From the NCBI GenBank assembly GCA_050287085.1, contig JBNKBE010000015.1, positions 96,001-160,000 on the forward strand: a stretch of 64,000 nucleotides of DNA. Direction: 5' to 3'. The translations under genes and the position numbers were made by a program. Below are positions 59,543 through 64,000 of this stretch, in pieces; the first letter of the stretch is position 1, and the number at the start of each line of letters is the position of its first letter. Origin of the DNA: Polyangiaceae bacterium. GTDB lineage: Bacteria; Myxococcota_A; Polyangia; Polyangiales; Polyangiaceae. The notes below the pieces were generated by a model. The model worked only from the letters and a program-made list of their open reading frames with translations, searched no databases and was not told the origin of the DNA.

Positions 59543-59759
59543 AACTCCATAGCGGGTGATGTGGCCAGGTGATGTGTGGACGGTGCATCTTTCGCGAAGC
59601 CCCGCGGCCCAAAAGAGCCCGTTTCTGCTCGCGGGCGGAAACCCCTATTGACACATTCACCGATTAATCGTTGCGATTCGGCACAGATCTGGCCCTAGCT
59701 CCGCCAAGTCCCACCGCTCCCAATGGGAACCCAGCGCGCCGAGCTCAAGCATCATCGAC

Positions 59760-60470
59760 ATGTCGGACTCTGCACCCCCTGAAGCACAACCCGCTTTGCC
59801 TGAACCGGCTGATACGATCCTAATTGTCGAAGACGAGCCGGCGTTGGCCGAGTCGGTGGCGTATGCCCTGCGGCGCGCGGGATTTCGAGCGGAGGTCGCC
59901 TGCAATCTCCGCTCGGCCCACGACCATCTCGATTCCGCAGCGCTGGTGTTGCTCGACCTGATGCTTCCCGATGGCAGCGGCATATCGCTGCTTCAAGCGC
60001 TGCGACACACGGGTCGAACGCTCCCCGTCATCGTCGTCTCCAGTCGGGACGCCGAAGAGGATCGTATCACCGCACTCGAGCTGGGCGCCGACGACTACGT
60101 GACCAAGCCGTTTTCTCCGCGAGAGGTCTTGGCCCGTGTTCGCGCCGTGCTGCGACGGGTCCGAGGCGGCCTCGGCGGCGTTGGACTCTCGCTCAACAGC
60201 GAACAACGGCGCGCCCACTACGGCGAGCAACTGCTCGCACTGACCCGCGTGGAGTTTGATCTCATCGTGGAGCTCTCCTCCGCCCCCGGGAAGGTCTTCG
60301 CTCGCCCCGAGTTGATCGCCAGGATCTGGGGCGAGAACTTCGCCATCACCGACCGCACCATCGACAGTCATATTAAGTCGCTGCGCCGCAAGTTGGTCGA
60401 GGCAGGGGGCTCCGCCGACGCCATCGAGACCGTGCGTGGCGTCGGATACCGTCTTAACGTGGGGATTTGA
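59760..60470 (+). CDS. OmpR/PhoB-family response regulator (CreB-like)
   Basis: IVEDE, LLDLMLPD, GADDYVTKPFSPRE, DRTIDSHIK, TVRGVGY. Confidence 0.95.
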   Translation: MSDSAPPEAQPALPEPADTILIVEDEPALAESVAYALRRAGFRAEVACNLRSAHDHLDSAALVLLDLMLPDGSGISLLQALRHTGRTLPVIVVSSRDAEEDRITALELGADDYVTKPFSPREVLARVRAVLRRVRGGLGGVGLSLNSEQRRAHYGEQLLALTRVEFDLIVELSSAPGKVFARPELIARIWGENFAITDRTIDSHIKSLRRKLVEAGGSADAIETVRGVGYRLNVGI

Positions 60471-60473
60471 GCG

Positions 60474-61862
60474 ATGCTCCGCCTCATCGTTGTTGCAGCT
60501 GCGTCCATCGGTTTGATCCTATTGGTCGCTTTCATTGCGGCACGCGTCGTTCAAAGCCGCCGTCGCGGCCTATCGATCCGCATGCAGGTGTTCATCGCCC
60601 TGGGCACCATCATTTTCGCTTTCGCCCTCGGCCTCGGCCTGATGGTCATCGACCGCATCCAAGCACGCGCAACCCGCTTCGCCGTCGCCGCCACGCAAGA
60701 AAAGGCACAGGTGGTCGCAAAGCTGCTTGGGGGTGAAATCGAACGACACGGGGTATCACTCGTGTCCGTCTCTCGTGCGCTGCCCAAGCGGGCCGCCGAG
60801 GACGAGCTGGTCGGCGTCGAACTATTCGGTCCGGGCCAAGAATTGCTGTTCGCCTCCCCCAACACCACTCCGCGCAAGCCGGGGGACGGATGGGTGACCG
60901 CGGAGGCGGCGATCTTCGCCCACGAGCGTCTGCAGGGACGAGTCCGCGTTGGCAAGGCAACCATCGCAATGGAACAGCTGCTTGCAGACTTCGCTCCGAC
61001 GGTGCTTGTCATAAGCCTGGTGCTCGGCGCGGCCGCCGCGCTGGCCGCCGCATGGATCGGACGCACCATCGCCGGACCGATAGAAGCGCTCAGCGCGTTC
61101 GCCCAGAATGTGAGCAGCGGCGATGAACGTCGCGTGCTTCCTCCCGTTCCGTGGGGGAGAGAGGTCACGCGCTTGACCGAGGCCATCGACTCGATGCGCC
61201 GCCAGCTGGAGGGGCGTCCTTTTGTCGAAACCTTCGCCGCTGACCTATCCCACGAGCTCAAGAACCCTGTCGCCGCCATTCGCGCAAGCTCAGAGATCCT
61301 TGCGGAAGGCGCGCTCGACGAGCCGGCGGAGGCGCGCCGCTTCGTGGCTCGCATCCGGGAGTCCACTGAGCGCATCGAGCGCTTGCTCGCGGAGCTGCTG
61401 GGCCTGGCGCGGATCGAAACCCACGGGCTCGCCGCCACCGAGCGCATTGCGATGGCACCCCTGCTGCAGCGCGTAGCTGAACAGTCCACAACCCCAACTC
61501 GCGTCGGCGTGCACATCACCCACGAAGCAAGTGTGCGCGGCGACCCCCTGTGGATCACGCGCGCGATTGCCAACCTGCTAGACAACGCCTTGCTGCATTC
61601 TCCCGCGACCAGCCAGGTCCGCATCTCGATGCGGACCGACGGCCCGTTGGTGAAGATCGCCGTCGCGAACGCCGGACGTGTCCCCTCCCACGCCCGCGCC
61701 CAGTTGTTTCGCCGCTTCTTCACGACGCGAGCCGACAAAGGCGGGACCGGCCTCGGCCTACCGATCGTCCGCGCGATAGCGGAAGCGCATCGAGGGAGAA
61801 TTGAGCTGGCCAAAGCCGGTCCGCCTGAGGTGTTGTTTGAGCTGACTCTTCCTCGCTACTAG
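60474..61862 (+). CDS. HAMP sensor histidine kinase (CreC-like)
   Basis: TM segments, HAMP, SHELKNP, NLLDNA, FFTT, GTGLGL. Confidence 0.93.
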   Translation: MLRLIVVAAASIGLILLVAFIAARVVQSRRRGLSIRMQVFIALGTIIFAFALGLGLMVIDRIQARATRFAVAATQEKAQVVAKLLGGEIERHGVSLVSVSRALPKRAAEDELVGVELFGPGQELLFASPNTTPRKPGDGWVTAEAAIFAHERLQGRVRVGKATIAMEQLLADFAPTVLVISLVLGAAAALAAAWIGRTIAGPIEALSAFAQNVSSGDERRVLPPVPWGREVTRLTEAIDSMRRQLEGRPFVETFAADLSHELKNPVAAIRASSEILAEGALDEPAEARRFVARIRESTERIERLLAELLGLARIETHGLAATERIAMAPLLQRVAEQSTTPTRVGVHITHEASVRGDPLWITRAIANLLDNALLHSPATSQVRISMRTDGPLVKIAVANAGRVPSHARAQLFRRFFTTRADKGGTGLGLPIVRAIAEAHRGRIELAKAGPPEVLFELTLPRY

Positions 61863-62004
61863 CCTCTGGGCCCTACTCTGGGCCCCCTGTGTCAAAGTGA
61901 TGCACTCTGGTCATCAGGCCGGGAGACCGCGTTGAGATGGCGATCGCGGCGGATTCCTTGAAACCTCCACAGACACGAGCCCGCTCTGGAGGGAAGGTCG
62001 TCTG

Positions 62005-62820
62005 GTGAAGTCAAGTCTCGGAAATCCGCCTCGTCACGTCGCTATCATCATGGATGGCAACGGACGTTGGGCAGAGCAACGTGGCCTAGCGCGCACCGCC
62101 GGACATCGGGCAGGCGCTGATTCGGTGCGCGAGGTGGTACGAACCTGCCGCGCCGAGGGAGTCCGCTATCTGACGCTCTACGCCTTCAGTGTGGCCAACT
62201 GGCATCGTCCGCCGCAGGAGGTCGGTGCGCTGATGGTGCTGCTGGCTCACTTCGCGCAGCAAGAACGGGACGAGCTAATCGAAAAGGGGATCCGACTCGA
62301 AGTCGTCGGAGACGTGTCAGCCCTGCCAGCCAGCGCGCGACAACCGCTCGAAGACACGATGCGCAGCACCGCACACGGACAAGACATGGTGCTTAGCTTG
62401 GCCCTGTCCTACGGCGGGCGTCGTGACATGGTCCTCGCCGCAAGAACACTGGCCGAACGCGTGCGTCTGGGGTTGATGAGCGCAGACCAAATCGACGAGA
62501 CAGCGTTCGCGGAAGCGATGAGCACCCACCGACTCCCTCCAGTCGATCTCCTGATTCGCACGGGGGGTGAGTCCCGGATCAGCGACTTTCTCTTGTACGA
62601 GTCGGCTTATGCGGAGCTGCTATTCCTGCCGGTGATGTGGCCTGACTTCGGCGCCTCCGAAATGCGAGCGGCCATCACACACTTCCAAGGACGCGAACGG
62701 CGTTTCGGACTGACTTCCGCACAGGTGGCGCCATGCCCCGTACGTAAGCCGATAACCCCAAGCGACGAGGTCCCCAAAGCTCGAGAGCTGAGCCAACCTA
62801 GCTCCGAACGAGCCCCCTAG
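62005..62820 (+). CDS. uppS: Polyprenyl (undecaprenyl) diphosphate synthase
   Basis: HVAIIMDGNGRWA, LYAFSVANW.RP, SYGGR, DLLIRTGGE.RISDF. Confidence 0.95.
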   Translation: MKSSLGNPPRHVAIIMDGNGRWAEQRGLARTAGHRAGADSVREVVRTCRAEGVRYLTLYAFSVANWHRPPQEVGALMVLLAHFAQQERDELIEKGIRLEVVGDVSALPASARQPLEDTMRSTAHGQDMVLSLALSYGGRRDMVLAARTLAERVRLGLMSADQIDETAFAEAMSTHRLPPVDLLIRTGGESRISDFLLYESAYAELLFLPVMWPDFGASEMRAAITHFQGRERRFGLTSAQVAPCPVRKPITPSDEVPKARELSQPSSERAP

Positions 62821-62865
62821 GGCTCGCGCGGGCCTCCGAAGCCAACGTCCGAGGGAGCCACTAAT

Positions 62866-63486
62866 CTAGAAGGAGTATTCCACGGTGTTGATGGATTGCA
62901 CCTTCTCCTTGTACTCAAGCCCCCTGACAACGCCGTCAACGCAGCGTTCGACCTGCTTGTTCGGCGACTGGACATCGGCGCCGACCACGCGCCCGTCCCA
63001 CACCGCAATCCTCACCTGGAAGTGGTGGTAGGAGGTCACGTTGCACGCCTTGTAAGTGGCAAGATCTTGAAGCGGCTTGGCCAACACTTCGGCGTCAATC
63101 CCGACGAAGTCATAGTCGGAGGGCACGGCGGCAATAGCCTCGTTGACACTCATTCCTGGCTTGAACTCGGGCGCTCTAGGCGTCTTGATGGGATTGGCTT
63201 CGGCGACCTTTTCCGGCGCGACGTCTCGGTCCCTTCCCGTATCCCAAGACTGATCCGGCGCCTCTTCGGTCGCAGGCGGCTCATCCGGGGGAAAATCGGA
63301 CGCTGGAGGGCCGCCGCAGCCCGCCAACAAGAGGCACCCCACAACCCCCGCACTGCCTAGCGCAAGGCGTCCTTCCCCCACACGCCGACGGCGCCCGTCG
63401 CTGAGAGCACAGCGGCCCGCGGCAACGGCCCGTCCGAAATTCCAAGAGCGGTACGTCCGCCTCGCGATATCCATAGCCGCCAGCAT
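62866..63486 (-). CDS. Hypothetical lipoprotein
   Basis: LAGC lipobox; C-terminal domain with two Cys; start uncertain. Confidence 0.6.
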   Translation of the reverse strand: MLAAMDIARRTYRSWNFGRAVAAGRCALSDGRRRRVGEGRLALGSAGVVGCLLLAGCGGPPASDFPPDEPPATEEAPDQSWDTGRDRDVAPEKVAEANPIKTPRAPEFKPGMSVNEAIAAVPSDYDFVGIDAEVLAKPLQDLATYKACNVTSYHHFQVRIAVWDGRVVGADVQSPNKQVERCVDGVVRGLEYKEKVQSINTVEYSF

Positions 63487-63618
63487 ACGCCCATCGCCGC
63501 AGCTTCGTCCACCCTGGGCAATAGAGTCGAGCAGCGACGTTTGAGCGCACCTCTGGGCGATGTTGATGGGGCTATTGCCAAGCAGCGCTGGGCTGGTGAT
63601 TCATCTCGGAGCCGCCGT

Positions 63619-64000
63619 TCACGACGCCACGGCGCCCGACTTGCCCGCGATGGGAAGGCCCGCCGAAGCCACGGCGCTGGGAGCCGAAGGGGTCTCCGCC
63701 GTCTGCGGGCTCGCCTCCGTACCTGAACGCGGACCGCCCAAGGTCACCACGGCCCGTTCGATATCCCAGAAGAAGCGCTCGGGTCCAACCAACTCCCACA
63801 AGCCCGAGCGTTGCATCACTCGCCGAACCGGTCCTTTCACGTTAGCAAAGGCCATATCCCGTCCTTCGCCGCGCAGTCGCCTTACGGTGTGCCGGAGTGC
63901 GTCTTCGGCAGACGAATCCAGGTCGTTGATGCTACTTGCATCGATCAACACCGTGTGAACCCCAGCCGGAGCGTCTCGCAAAAAGGCCTCTAGGCGATCT
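63619..64000 (-). CDS. STAS-domain C-terminus, probably SulP anion transporter (partial, runs off the window)
   Basis: 'VLIDASSINDLDSSA','FANVKGPVRRVM.RSG'; frame open to the window edge. Confidence 0.8.
   Translation of the reverse strand, partial: DRLEAFLRDAPAGVHTVLIDASSINDLDSSAEDALRHTVRRLRGEGRDMAFANVKGPVRRVMQRSGLWELVGPERFFWDIERAVVTLGGPRSGTEASPQTAETPSAPSAVASAGLPIAGKSGAVAS

Noticed and set aside
60551..61813. 420-aa minus-strand ORF
   Set aside because: Antisense shadow of the histidine kinase, typical of high-GC codon bias

Overview
GC-rich bacterial chromosomal window. The gene content points to a myxobacterium, probably Polyangia/Sorangiineae-like (inference): many Gly-rich-linker lipoproteins, a zinc-ribbon/TPR membrane protein and a myxobacterial-type SspB. 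1-12 kb is mixed metabolic/housekeeping: GPH sugar transporter, CE2-type esterase, SppA, a MutS-ATPase-only protein and YbaK. About 12.5-33 kb is an accessory region of secreted lipoproteins and hydrolases, pseudogenes, nested IS256/IS66 remnants, a 16-bp tandem array and an HTTM-type gene pair. 33.3-36.2 kb holds a YjfB-like peptide and a soluble Cache-Cache-CheW fusion. The most interesting locus is 36.3-42.4 kb, a divergent cluster: porin, P460-like monoheme lipoprotein, EfeO/imelysin and DHOR di-heme lipoprotein on one arm; an FMNylation-motif protein and a His-rich membrane protein on the other. Three Fur-box-like sites link the arms, suggesting a redox-coupled iron acquisition system. 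42.4-64 kb: MocR/EamA, CBS, GST, MDR, pyruvyl transferase, MOSC, TrxC, Rrf2, tRNA-Ser(GCT), a second SppA, SspB, a CreBC-like two-component system, UppS and a truncated STAS-domain gene. All calls come from reading motifs by eye; no database searches were run.
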